NCBI GenBank assembly: GCA_046563655.1 | Contig: CM102288.1 | Span: 6,076,001-6,140,000, forward strand | Direction of reading: 5' to 3' | Origin: Yuukianura sp. NJ FZ-2021 | Taxonomy: Eukaryota | Length of the DNA: 64,000 nucleotides | Shown here: positions 48,784-60,077 of the stretch, in pieces | How positions within the stretch are numbered: position 1 is the stretch's first letter | Layout of the letters: every line of letters begins with the position of its first letter | Made by a program: the position numbers and the translations under genes | The notes under the pieces: model-generated | Told to the model about the DNA's origin: nothing | The model's database searches: none | What the model saw: the letters and a program-made list of their open reading frames with translations, nothing else

Positions 48784-51271
48784 CTACAGAACAGTAAGGT
48801 TGGAGTGTCCGCCATTGTCACCATGCGTGACTTTTGGGGGGCCCTTAAGGCATCCCCCGCTCCCTCCTGGCCCTTGACAACTTAAGTACCCCCCTTGTCC
48901 CCTTAAGTACTTGCTTTCGAATCCTGTCACCCTCTGTGACTCCTCTTCCGTGTAGTTATGAATAGAAATCAAGTGGAGATAAAGCTGTTTCCTCCGAACA
49001 TAACTCCGGTTGCAAATGTGGCAAATCGTCTTCGGTTTCAAGTTCGGCTTTTCCTTAAAAACTCGATCTCCGTTCGGCAGCACTCGGAAAATTGAAGGTT
49101 GGCGCATTTTGGCAGCAATGCGAGCCTCTTCTTTGTCCAACTTGTGGGTTGCCATTAGATGGTTCTTGAGATCATCTTTGAAAGCGTAGCCTTTGCCACA
49201 GAAGGAGCAGAACTCATCTACAATGGCCTTCTTCTCGTGCGTGTACTTTTTGTGCTGGTTTAAATGCGTTGCCAACTTGAAAGTGTTGCCACAAATGTCA
49301 CAAATGAAGTTCCGAGCGTCGTTGTGCGCAGAAGCAATGTGCATCTTCAGCCGATGGCGACGCTCGTACTTCTTCCCACAAAAGTCACATGTAAATCGCT
49401 TCCCTTCTCCGTCCACATCTCGATGCGTTTTTTCATGAACTTCAAGTCCACCTAGAAAAATTTCAAGAAAATAAAATTTAGTCTCCATTCTGACTTTAAC
49501 AATTTTTTGGCGGGTCATTCAAACTTCTCCAATAATTGGCGGGAAGATTCAACTTTTTTTCAAAAATTGGTGGGAAAATTATGAAAATTGGCGGGAAATC
49601 TTTTTCTTACCTCTGGAAGTGAAGCTGGAGCCGCAGAGGGAGCAGAGGAACATGCGTTGTTGGTTGCCATGGACGATGCTTGTGTGATGGAGGAGTGACT
49701 GCTTGGACATGAGGACTTTGTGACACAAATGACACTGGAACTCCGTCAGATGAAGGTGGACACACTTGATGTGTTCGATTAGCCTTCTCTGTGCTTTGTA
49801 CTTTTTGCCACACTGGGGACACGGGCGGTAGAGCCCTTCTGAAGGGACGACTGTCTCCATTTGGTCCACTTGACCATAACCCATGACCTCTTTGTGACAA
49901 TTCTCCTGATGAAGAATCCAGTCTTTGAAATTTGGAAAGCATAGGCTCTGCTGAGCACAGCCTTCGCATCTGTACTGGTCAGTCTTCAATAGTTCTGCGT
50001 CTGCGGCCAGCATCAATCGCTGTTCCAACGGGTTCCGCTTCTGTCTAGTCCTCCGAGTGGCCTAAAATATTTAAATAATTAATATAATATAAATAATTAA
50101 TTCATAAACTTTCAAAAACAAATCCTTATTGGAGGAATAGAACAATAGACCCCGCGTCCCCCAAAGTCATGCCCTACGCTCTAACGACTATGCCGTCACG
50201 CTCTTTTTCGTAGTTACCATGACAGATGGATCCAGTGGGTGACATTGCCGCTTATGTCGAGTGAGATTCTTGAAATTAGTGAAAGATGCTCGGCAGAGGT
50301 CGCAACCGACAGGTCGTGACCCCGCGTGCCTGTCCAAGTGAGATCGAAGTCTCAGCTGCGTAGAGAACTTTTCACAGCAAATTCCACACGCGAAAGAGCC
50401 TTGTTCCTGGAAATCAAAATGAAAGCGCTGAATTAGTTACGTCATTGATACTTAAACTTATTATACAGAATTGATTATTACATTTAAACAATTAATCGAT
50501 TACTTTACTTACCGGTTCCTTCTTAATTTCTTTCCGTGGTCTACCAGGACGTCGTTTGACTTTATCAGCCGTTTTTCCCGGATTCTGCTTTTTGGGTGAC
50601 GGAGGATGACGTCCGCTGTCAATTTCTTCTTCACCTTCAAACTCATCTGTCCCCTCATCAGCTGATTCGGCAGTGTCACTAGCCGAATGACTCAAGTTGG
50701 CTCCAAATGTGTCACGGTCAACGTCAGTATCCTTGATCCGAGACGAATGTCTCTGTGACCTCCTGACCTTGTCCTGAGTTGTACTCTGTCCAAACTGATT
50801 CACGTCGGATGTATTACAGCTATCCTCAAGTTCAGTTTCTTCCAACAGGCATTCCACTTTAACTGGTAGTATTTCATCCCCTGCTTGGAAGTTTTTGTTG
50901 ACTAGTTTTTGTACAAAGGAGTCTTCTACGGCCGTCTGGATGAAGTCTAAGTAAAGTTGAAGTAGGGTTTGGAACTTCTCACTGCAGAGGTAGCACAACT
51001 TGACCTGTTGAGATACACCTTCTTTCCCAAGGTCATCCGGTTGACACTGGCGGTTTTTGAACACAAGGAGGAGCCCTTGGAGGACAGTCAGAGTAGGAGA
51101 GCCCTTGAGATTATAAGAAGCGACATGGGAACTACTATTGGATGACAAGAGTACTAAACAGTGAGCACAAAATGACTGAGGTAGATCTGTAAGAGTGTCG
51201 TTCTGCAGTGGTTCCAGTTCGGATTCCATAAATGGTTGTGCACATGGTGGAAGTGAATCAACGTACTCCAT
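48784..51271 (-). CDS. ZAD-like/C2H2 zinc-finger protein (exons 51271-50513, 50406-50218, 50061-49611, 49451-48784; exact ends uncertain)
   Basis: CAHC...CYLC N-terminal domain, AT-hook-like RRPGRPRK and about 10 C2H2 fingers. Confidence 0.85.
50125..50202 (-). mobile_element. tRNA-like repeat, family C (intronic)
   Basis: Reverse complement ACGGCATAGTCGTTAGAGCGTAGGGC...TTGGGGGACGCGGGGTC. Confidence 0.5.
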
Positions 51272-51980
51272 TTTCACAATCTACATAAAAAACGTACCAA
51301 AAACGTAATAAAAACATTGTGGTTAAGTAGAATAACTTTGCTTATGGTTTTACACAAATACATTTACCACTTGTATCCAGTTATCGCGTACTGTCCATTC
51401 CTCAACTTCCGTTGAGCCGACAAACTTACTTTTCCTTGGTAGTAATTCGCATAATTCCAATCTAGATTAATCGAACAAACTAGTTAATTGGCACCCTTAG
51501 TTTTATTAATTGAAATCAACTGACAAACTTACCATCTTTGCTTCCTTACTTAATTTCATTTGATACTGCTCTAACTGCTAAGCTACACTGCAGCGTTTTT
51601 AATTGATTTTTTAATTTTATGTATTTTAAATTTCTTACTTTTTGAATTTTTCAAATAAGTTCCCGCTGCATCGCCTTTTGTAATGATTATGGACTGTCTA
51701 AATCTCAGAAATAACGGATAATCTATTAACGCGTTACTGACGTTTCTGAATTCCGAGGATTAGACACATGCGTTGCGGTGTCTAATTCTCAGAATAGCGG
51801 ACACACTCATGCAATTCTTTGTCTACGTCGTTTGTGCTCTCGGATACGTAATTCCGCGTTCCCTGTCGTACTTCGTAATTGGATTGTAAATAAATGAATT
51901 TTTGGATTGCGTTGGTAGTAATTTTGACTTTTTAATGTTTAATTAATATGTCGACTTTTGTATCTTATATCTAGATTCTT

Positions 51981-54900
51981 TCAGTCTTCACTAGTGTCGT
52001 CAACAAGAATAGACGGATGTGAACTTTGAATTGAGAGATGGCTGATTCGACTGCCTTTGCGCAGAGCAGCTTTGGCGAATTGCTTCCGCTTGTAAGATTC
52101 GTGCCATTTCTCAATTGCACAAGCGACACCACCGAAAAAGTGCCCAAACAGGACCAAAACGAAACACAGTTTGAGATGGTTCAAGGTCAAACCGTGTGAC
52201 TTCTGGGCCTTCTTCTTCAAGTTTGGATTCTTGATCATCGCTTCATACATGATGTCGCGGTGCCACTTTTCAATCAATCCGGCGTTCTGGAATCGTCGCA
52301 GTAACTGAAACATAAAGGTCCAAGTCCTTTAGGTCAGTGTCGTTTCAAAATTGTATCGATACCGTACCGACACTTTTGTACAAAGTGAACGGTACTTACC
52401 GTGTTGACTCTTTCGAAGTATGGAGATCCAATGGGCATGACGAATCCTACATTGTAGGTAGTTGGACACTCTTTGGTGATGTGGAGTGCCGAGCTGTATC
52501 CGTTAAAGTACGTTACCTTGGCAGCATACTCCAGAAATCGCTCGCTTTCCAGAATGGCAAAGTCACCTTCCGTTGCCACTCGATCCAAAGCAGCAGTTAT
52601 GTTCGTAATTGGGAAAAAACGGAAGAACAGCTTCTGGTCCGTTCTGTCAGTCGTGTTCGTAAACGTTTTCAAAACTTCCTACAATTTAACAGGAAGTACA
52701 TTAGCCAATTTGAATTTGCCACACCTTGAACCTAATCAATACTCTATAAATTAATCGATTAATTGAAAGTGTTTTACCTCGTAGCCACCCCACTCCAGTC
52801 CTGACCTGGCTAGCTGATCCATACTGTCGATCTTATAGTCGCTTGGCCCGATTGTCAAGGACACGATGAGAGCAACCTAGCACGTTTTTGTAACTTATCT
52901 TTAGTAAGTTAAGTTACATAAACCTTACGTTATTTCTTAATCCTAGGTTACTTGTTAACGGTACCCGATAAATGATGCAAGAGAGCCAGCAAAAGACGAG
53001 CCAAGCGATGATGAATGACCGAAGAGCAGAGCTGAAAATCCAGAAAAAATACTAGGCAGCATGTAACTTGTCCAGGAAGAACGAGCCATTTGTGGTACCC
53101 ATGACAGAGTAACCATGGCAACAATGACGTCACTTACGTTTTGGATGCACTAACCTGTTGGCTTTTGGAGCTTGTTGTGCAGAAATCATTGCTCCCAAGG
53201 CATACATAATTCCGCGTCCAACAGAGATCGACTTGTCCATTTTCAGCGGACTGAAACACAAATTTTTTTTTAAATTAATTGACAAAGTCAATTAATTCCC
53301 GTTTCAACGGAAGTTCAAAAGTTGGACTTCAAATTTTGAAGTTACCGTGTGATCATGCTGAACATGGGGCCAGCCACTATTGCCATGGCGACAAAGCAGG
53401 CCCACACTTGCCAAGAGAAAGGGAGGACGAGGCCGAGCCAATGCTGCAGCGCTTCTGGACTTGGCACTGCAAAACAACCGCGATCCTGATCGTACGGATC
53501 TGTCACCTCAACAGCCTAAAAACGTTTTCAAAGTTTGTTTATTGTTTTTTTTTTCAAACGCCATCACACCTTCTAACTTTCTAGCTTTTTACTTTTGGGA
53601 GAAAAGTGTATTTTCAGAACTTATGCAGAATTTAAAAAATTGCAAAATATTGTTTTTTTCAAACGCCATCACACCTTCTAACTTTCTAGCTTTTTACTTT
53701 TTGGAGAAAAGTGTATTTTCAAAACTTATGCAGAATTTCAAAAATTCCAAAATATTGTTTTTTTCAAACACCATCACACCTTCTAACTTTCTAGCTTTTT
53801 ACTTTTTGGAGAAAAGTGTATTTTGAAAACTTATTTAGAAATGTTTGAATTTGGAACCTTTTCTCTGTTGTCCAGTAGGAAGACACTTCCGAACCCAATG
53901 TGTGCCTTGCTCTGAGCCACTTCTCCGATGAGTCCATTCCAACTAGCATTGTCAACTTCCTTCCCATATCGTTCTCCCTCCGGCGATTCGTAGATTTCGT
54001 ACGTGAAGTTGATGTACTTCGCTAGTTGATCTAAAATCAAAATCTCCAGTCCAGTGTACGTCACCTCCCCCTGTGGCCCCACCTCTTTAATCACGAGTGG
54101 TGGGAACACGAAGACGCTCACACGCAGTTTGAACCCACGCAAATTGTCTGTTTTGTCCATGAAAATGGGGCGGAGGGAATTGAGCTTCCCGTCAGCATAG
54201 CGACCCACGAAAAACTGGGTGGGACTGCCGGGGGCAGGGTAGGGGTCAAGAGCAGCGATTTGCAGTGCTGTTTGGACGTCGACCTAAAAAAAAAATTTTT
54301 TTTTTGAAATTTTGAAAATTTTAGAAAAATTTTGATTTACTTTGTCTAAGGCATCCTGTTCGGGTACGTCGGCCTGTGCAAGGGCAGTAACGTTTTCTCT
54401 TACTGCTACCTCAGTGACCACGACGCCACTAAACATTTTCTCAGCTTCCATCAAATTCAAAATTCCCTTTCAAAATATCAGAAATTTCAAAATTCAAAAT
54501 CGAAAATATAAATTTTGATTTTTTTTTAAATTGAACTATACTTTGGTAGGTTCAAGTGCCTTTTCCTTGACCAAGACGAGCAGTCTAGCACGAATGTTCC
54601 ACCAGGGATAAGCTGACATGAGGCGCAAAATATTTGAAAATCCGTTTTCATCTTTGACGAAAATCACAAACGAATTGGCCTTCGGAATCTTCTTGTGCGA
54701 TTCGTCTTCTGGTGGCTCTGCAAAATCCATAAGTATGTCCAAAAAAATCAGTTTTCAAAAAAAGTTGAAAATTTTTTGAAATTTTTCTGTTTTTTTCTTA
54801 GTAACATCCTCACTTGAAGTGATTCGTTGTGCCAGTGCTGGATCCAGTGGAAGAAAGTACAGAACAAAAGATTTGCTCGTCGTAGCTCCCAGTTTCTGCA

Positions 54901-55215
54901 CCATTTCGTTAATCTCCCAAGATTCGTCGTACAGCACAATCACCTGCGAAATTTTGAAATTTGAAAATAAAATTTGGAACAGTGTTGTTTTTACATTTGT
55001 GGATTTCCTAGGTTGAGCCTTACCTGTTTGGTGTCTGTAAAGTAGTCATTGGCCACTTTCATGACGAATTGTGCCACTTCCCTGATGCCAGCCCCACCCT
55101 CTTGTTCTTCTAAACACTTTGCAATTGACATAGCCAACACAAATCCAGTCAAATTGAGAGCTGGAGATTGATAATAGTCGAAACATGTCACGTTCTGAGG
55201 AATATTTGAAGCCAT
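51981..55215 (-). CDS. Ionotropic receptor (multi-exon, IR68a/IR21a/IR40a-like; orthology unresolved)
   Basis: S1 DKTDNLRGFKLRVSVFVFPP...WNGLIGEV; LVLPFSWQVW; M3 LRSFIIAWLVFCWLSCIIYR; S2 HITKEC...NAGLIEKW; LTLNHLKLCF before M4. Start codon uncertain. Confidence 0.85.
53535..53832 (+). repeat. Intronic tandem repeat, 105-bp period, about 3 copies
   Basis: CCATCACACCTTCTAACTTTCTAGC recurs at 53561, 53666 and 53771. Confidence 0.95.
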
Positions 55216-55529
55216 CTTCCTCCCGCCAAAGTTCAAATCCAAATGAAATTCAAATCTAACCCTGCTTTTTAACATTCGTGGGCCAAAAATTATTCTACTA
55301 CATCCAATTCCGACAGCAAAAAAAAAATCGGACGTTTTATAGACAAACTTGTCGATAAATCAGTGATTCCTTGGCGAATTGGAATTTGGTGGAAAATCGA
55401 CAGAATTGATTTTGGATTGGTTTCTTTTTCGGAAACTTTTTCAAAGTTTTTTTTACTAAAAGGAAAATTTTGTCTTACTTTTGTCGTAAACTCCAAATTT
55501 TAGAAAATTGTTTTTAGTAAACTGGAAAT

Positions 55530-56514
55530 TCAGTTGATTTCAGAAATCATCCAGCATTCAAAAGTTTTGACCTGAAAAGGAGATTCGTGAATCCTTGCGT
55601 TCTGTTCGCCTTCAGTGCAAGCGTACTCTTCGCTTCTTCCATGTCCAAATGTCCTGTCCAGCCACATTCCAGCCTTTCCGCTGAAAAGCAAACTACAAAT
55701 TTCACTTTGAACTGCAAAATGCTGGCAGCATTCCAACATTCCATCAAATGCTGGCAGCACTTAAGCAGCATTATGCTGCTGCAACTTTTTTACACCTTTA
55801 CTCTCACCTCTTGTCTACAAACGACATAAACTCGGTTCCAGTGAAGACAACAAGCGGTTCGCCTGTCACGCCGTCAAAACGTTTCAGGAGGGGGCGGACA
55901 TGAAAAAGTTCCGCACCCCTCTCCTCCCCCTGCAGAAGTTCCGCACCCCTCTCCTCCCCCTGGAGAAATTCCACCCTCTGGGGGTCTGGGGAGAGGTACG
56001 GGACAAATATGCATCGTACCGCCTTGGCGGTGTCCTTGACCAGCAGTATAAGCGGAACTTCCGTGGCAGAAACGTAGCTAAGCCGGGCGTAGAAATCGGC
56101 TAAAGTCCGCTTGTGCAGCGAAGAAGAGTAAGCAAGAGACCATGCACAGGAACGCCTAGGCAAAAGTCCACCAAAATTATTGTGGAAAACGTTTTCCAAA
56201 ATTTTGAACAATGTTTGTGTTTTTTTTACGCTTTAACAACGTGTTGGACGATTTTGGAAATGTCGTCGACATCCAGAATTTCTGAAATTCCGACAATCAG
56301 TTCCGGTTTTCGAATTCTGTCGAGTGAAAAGACGCGTTTGAGCTCTTCACTCAGTGAAACGTTCTGTCAAAAATGTAGAGCATTTACAATTTTCAGTAGT
56401 TTTTTTTTTCTAAAATATGTTGCAAGTATGAAATATGAAAATGAGTGAGTTCTTAGTTCTCACGTAAGTAGAAACGGAATCGTTTTGCTTTGACTTTTCA
56501 AATCTTGTCACCAT
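55530..56514 (-). CDS. Stand-alone TLDc-domain protein (OXR1/NCOA7/mustard-derived), 227 aa (exons 56514-56464, 56363-56230, 56155-55808, 55680-55530)
   Basis: 684 nt in frame. SLSEELKR...PELIVGISEIL...WSLAYSSSLH...LILLVKDT...GKAGMWLD...GRSE...FQVKTFECW follows the recalled TLDc consensus. Confidence 0.8.
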
Positions 56515-57780
56515 TTCTTTGCCCAACTTTCCAAACGAAAATTCAAATGTTTGAAAATGTTGATCTGTTCAAAATTTTGAAAAGTTTGAGCCAAAATTGG
56601 TATGGACGACCTGCTTATGCTTCCAACTGCCCGCAAAAGTAACTGATAACTTTGGACTTTAAAATTAAACCAAATGCAGTGCACTGTAACAACTATGTCG
56701 TGCGAAGGAATCGTTAGGAAAAACCTAATTAACAAATTAGCAATTACAAACATCCGTAAAGAGGATGACGTCACTAGAAATTTCCAATTTCAACAACATC
56801 AAAATTTCAGATTGTCAATTCTTCAAATTTTTAAACATTTCTTGAAAATGGGAATCCGAAATCCGTAGGTCAAATTTCAGTTTTTGAATGAGTTTCAAAA
56901 TTTGATAAACTATAATTTTTTTTGTGGAAACCAACAAAGTATAACCAAATTCTCGAATAAAAACTGTGTAAAAGATTTAATTTCTGCTTTTATGAAAAAC
57001 CAAAATTAAAAAAAAAACTGAGTTTATATTACAGATGTAAAGCGGTATGTTGTTCAAAGAACAAATCAAAAAAAATAACTTTTTCAGCCAAAAGCGTTAT
57101 CTGTGACCTTTGACTTCCAGCTCTCATCTCGATTGCTCCACTTTGATCACTTTTTATGCAATTCACTCAATCAAGTTGTTCGCTTCAGTGAAAAATCTAA
57201 AGTACTTTTGCAAACTTTTCAAAATTTTATCAAAATTTGTACAACAATTTCACTCTTGTTAGTACTACTAATCTCCACCTGTACTTGTTCTCTGACTAAT
57301 GCTTGTGCGAATGCACTCACTGCAGTCGTGACAATTTTGAAGTTTAGTAAAAATTGAAATTTTGAAAATATTTTGGTTTTGTTTTTGAGATAAAATGGAC
57401 GTCAAGTGGTGCATATGTGATGGTTTTTAATCTGGAAAAGTGTGAAGCGAATTAAAATCAGTTGTCTTCAACCAACCTAATCTCAACCTCCACTAAATGT
57501 CACTTTAAAACCAACTTTGTAATTTTTAACACACATGAAATTTTGAAAATTTCTGAAACCCGAAATTTGAAACTCAAAGAAGTTTGAAATCAAGCCAGAT
57601 CAGCGTTGAGGTTTGCTAAAAGTCACCCACAGCTTAGAACTGAAATGGAAAATCACGACGAGGGTAAATGGCATTGCCAAGTTAAAAAAAACCTCAAAAA
57701 ATGTTAGTTTTTTTTGAAAAGGTTGTACAAATCTTATTATTTTTTTTTTAGAGAAATCTTGCAAATGCAAGTGCCAGGAC

Positions 57781-58050
57781 ATGGCCTACCACCGTCGTCT
57801 GCTGAGTGGGAAGCTGACTGGCGCAGAAGCGTGCAAACTCATAGCCCTCGGCACTCTGATTGGTCTCATCGTCATGACAACGTTTGCGCTGATAGTTTTT
57901 GGTGCAGGTTATTACGTTTACACACTCATCCACGTACCTCCACTCAAGCTTGCTGGGAACGCCTGGGGCAATATGACGATCAAACTATTTGGTATCACCT
58001 ACAATTTATTTCCAAACATATCCATAGACGGCGAAGTCATCATTGGTTAA
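57781..58050 (+). CDS. Small single-pass membrane protein, 89 aa
   Basis: ATG ORF downstream of a plausible splice acceptor; hydrophobic helix LIALGTLIGLIVMTTFALIVFGAGYYVY. Confidence 0.5.
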   Translation: MAYHRRLLSGKLTGAEACKLIALGTLIGLIVMTTFALIVFGAGYYVYTLIHVPPLKLAGNAWGNMTIKLFGITYNLFPNISIDGEVIIG

Positions 58051-58262
58051 CGCCAATCATCGTCTTAACACAAGGTTCCTAGAGCAACGGAATAGTTTTT
58101 CTTTAACAGGTTAGGCAATAAGTCAAAAAAATTTCCTACACTCTATTTCCAAACATCTCCATAGACGGCGAAGTCATCATTGGTTGACGCCCATCATATT
58201 GTTAGACAAAGGTTCCTAGAGTAAAGGAATAGTTTTTCTTTAACAGGTTAGGCAATAAGTCA
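57997..58262 (+). repeat. Tandem duplication of about 137 bp (3' end of the small ORF plus MITE left end)
   Basis: TATTTCCAAACAT.TCCATAGACGGCGAAGTCATCATTGGTT...AAGGTTCCTAGAG...CAGGTTAGGCAATAAGTCA occurs twice. Confidence 0.9.
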
Positions 58263-58420
58263 AATTCTTAAGATAAGTTAAAGCTAGCATTCCCAAAAAA
58301 CGAGAGTTACCGGTGCAGCTATGCTATTTAATTTTTGAAATTTCGAGTAGTAAAACATATAAAAGTGACTTATTGCCTAACCTGTTAAAGAATAAACTAT
58401 TTTTTTTGTTTACAAACTTT
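58071..58420. mobile_element. MITE of the CAAGGTT-TIR family with duplicated left end
   Basis: Left TIRs at 58071 and about 58208; inverse TIR TGACTTATTGCCTAACCTGTTAAAG at about 58366-58420. Confidence 0.7.
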
Positions 58421-58854
58421 AGGTTAGACCTAAGCACCAATGATGGCGTTCACAAAGGATGGTGTGAACGAATCACGGGTTTAATGTGAATTAGATGTTA
58501 TTAACGTTAAAATTAACTAATGTTAATTAGCTTTTTAACAAATGCTGAATGTATTGAACGTAATCAAGAAAAGCGAAGCTCTGCATACTTAATCCATTTA
58601 ATTTCATTTTTTTTTTCATTTTAGCGCTAATGATATTAAATTTGAATTGATTTTGTATTTAATGACACGCAATTAGTTAATTATCCTCTTAACTTCAAAT
58701 GGTTAACGACCTTATACATCAGTGGTTCTTTTTTTCTCAAAATTTTCAGTTTCATTTTTTAGTATAAATAAAACAAATTTTTGAAAAGTAGAATCATTCA
58801 AACAGCCTTTTCCAAAGTATCGAAGAAACCACGAAGTTTAAAAAAAACGAGAAA

Positions 58855-59848
58855 ATGATGTTTGCGGTCGTTTTAATCAGCACCCTTGCCCTGGTAAGTT
58901 TCAAAACACCATTTTCAAAAAAAATTGAAAACTTTTTAATTTTTCTTCGAAAAAAAAACATTTTGTTTTTGATAAATTCTTATAGATGAGCGTCCAAGGA
59001 GCTCAAGGCTATTTCTTCGATACGGCCGTCGGTGCTGTCGCTCAGGTAGGCACAGCAACTTGCTACTTAACAAAAAATAATTATTTTATATACAAATTCA
59101 TTATTTAGTTATGTTTATCATTTAATTAATTAATTAATTAATTATGTTTAACATTTAATTAATTAATTGATATATTTAGGTGGGTAGCCAGCTTCTTCCA
59201 GAAGAGTCGATGCGAGAAGGCTGTCGTTCCGTTAATTTTTACAATAAGGAGAAGGACGGCGGTCCCCTCAGAAGCCAACCCACCGGAAATCCAAGTAAGT
59301 GACCCCCTCATCAAGGGTCAAGGTCAAATCCTTTGGGGGTCAAAGGTCAAGGTAAAATTCTCTCGAGGGATGGGTTGTGGCGTTCAGGGGTCACATGCCT
59401 TGAGAGAACAAAAAACGAGAGTGTAAAAAAATAATGGACCCAGTGGGATTGGAACCACATCTTTTCTATCTGGGAAGCACACTCTAACCCTTGGGCTATC
59501 AGGCTCATCTCTTCCGTGCATTCCTCATCTTGTGGCAAGTGGGAGTGGAACTGTTCCCAAACGCTACAGGGTCAAAGTTCAAGGCCAAATTCCCCCTCGG
59601 GGTCAAAGGTCAAGGTCAAATCCTCTCGGGGGTCAAAGGTCAAGGTCAAATCCTATTAAATTTGTTATTATTTTTCAAAAATAGTCACGTGGAGTGCATC
59701 TGGACTGGCTCGGATAGGTGGAGTGCTGCTATCGAAGAGTGGAATGGAAAAAGGCTGCACCGATGCTGGATTCTACGACAAGGACTTGGACACGAAACCC
59801 ACCAATGTCAACATTGACATCACCGTCCAGAACCCAGAGCATCACTAG
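58855..59848 (+). CDS. Small secreted protein with two internal repeats, 125 aa (exons 58855-58893, 58986-59045, 59180-59294, 59685-59848)
   Basis: 378 nt in frame; signal peptide MMFAVVLISTLALMSVQGAQG; repeats AQVGSQLLPEESMREGCRSVNFYNKE and ARIGGVLLSKSGMEKGCTDAGFYDKD. Confidence 0.8.
59370..59567 (-). mobile_element. tRNA-derived SINE-like repeat, family A, inserted in a GGTCAA minisatellite
   Basis: tRNA-like core at 59436-59506; tail CAAGGCATGTGACCCCTGAACG; GGGGTCAAAGGTCAAGGTCAAA units on both sides. Confidence 0.75.
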
Positions 59849-60077
59849 ACTTCGACTCTTGGTAAAAAAAAAATTTAGAAAATTTTTTCCAAAATTTTCA
59901 AATTTTCAAATTCGGCCCAACTCAAAAATACTTCCTTTCCCATCCGTTTGAATTGAAAATAAAAACTAAAATTTCAGCATCCAAAACGTCGTGACATGTG
60001 AGACTGAAAAGTTTAATTTCGACTACGACTTTTTCAATTTCGCGGGAAATTTTTGTCCTGGTTCGAATTTTCACACT

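Noticed and set aside
49505..49600. Repeated TTGGCGGGAA as an E2F site cluster
   Set aside because: It lies in an intron far from a promoter, and the word is scattered throughout non-coding DNA in this window.
53380..53826. 148-aa plus-strand ORF with repeats
   Set aside because: Translation of the 105-bp intronic tandem repeat, antisense to the IR gene.
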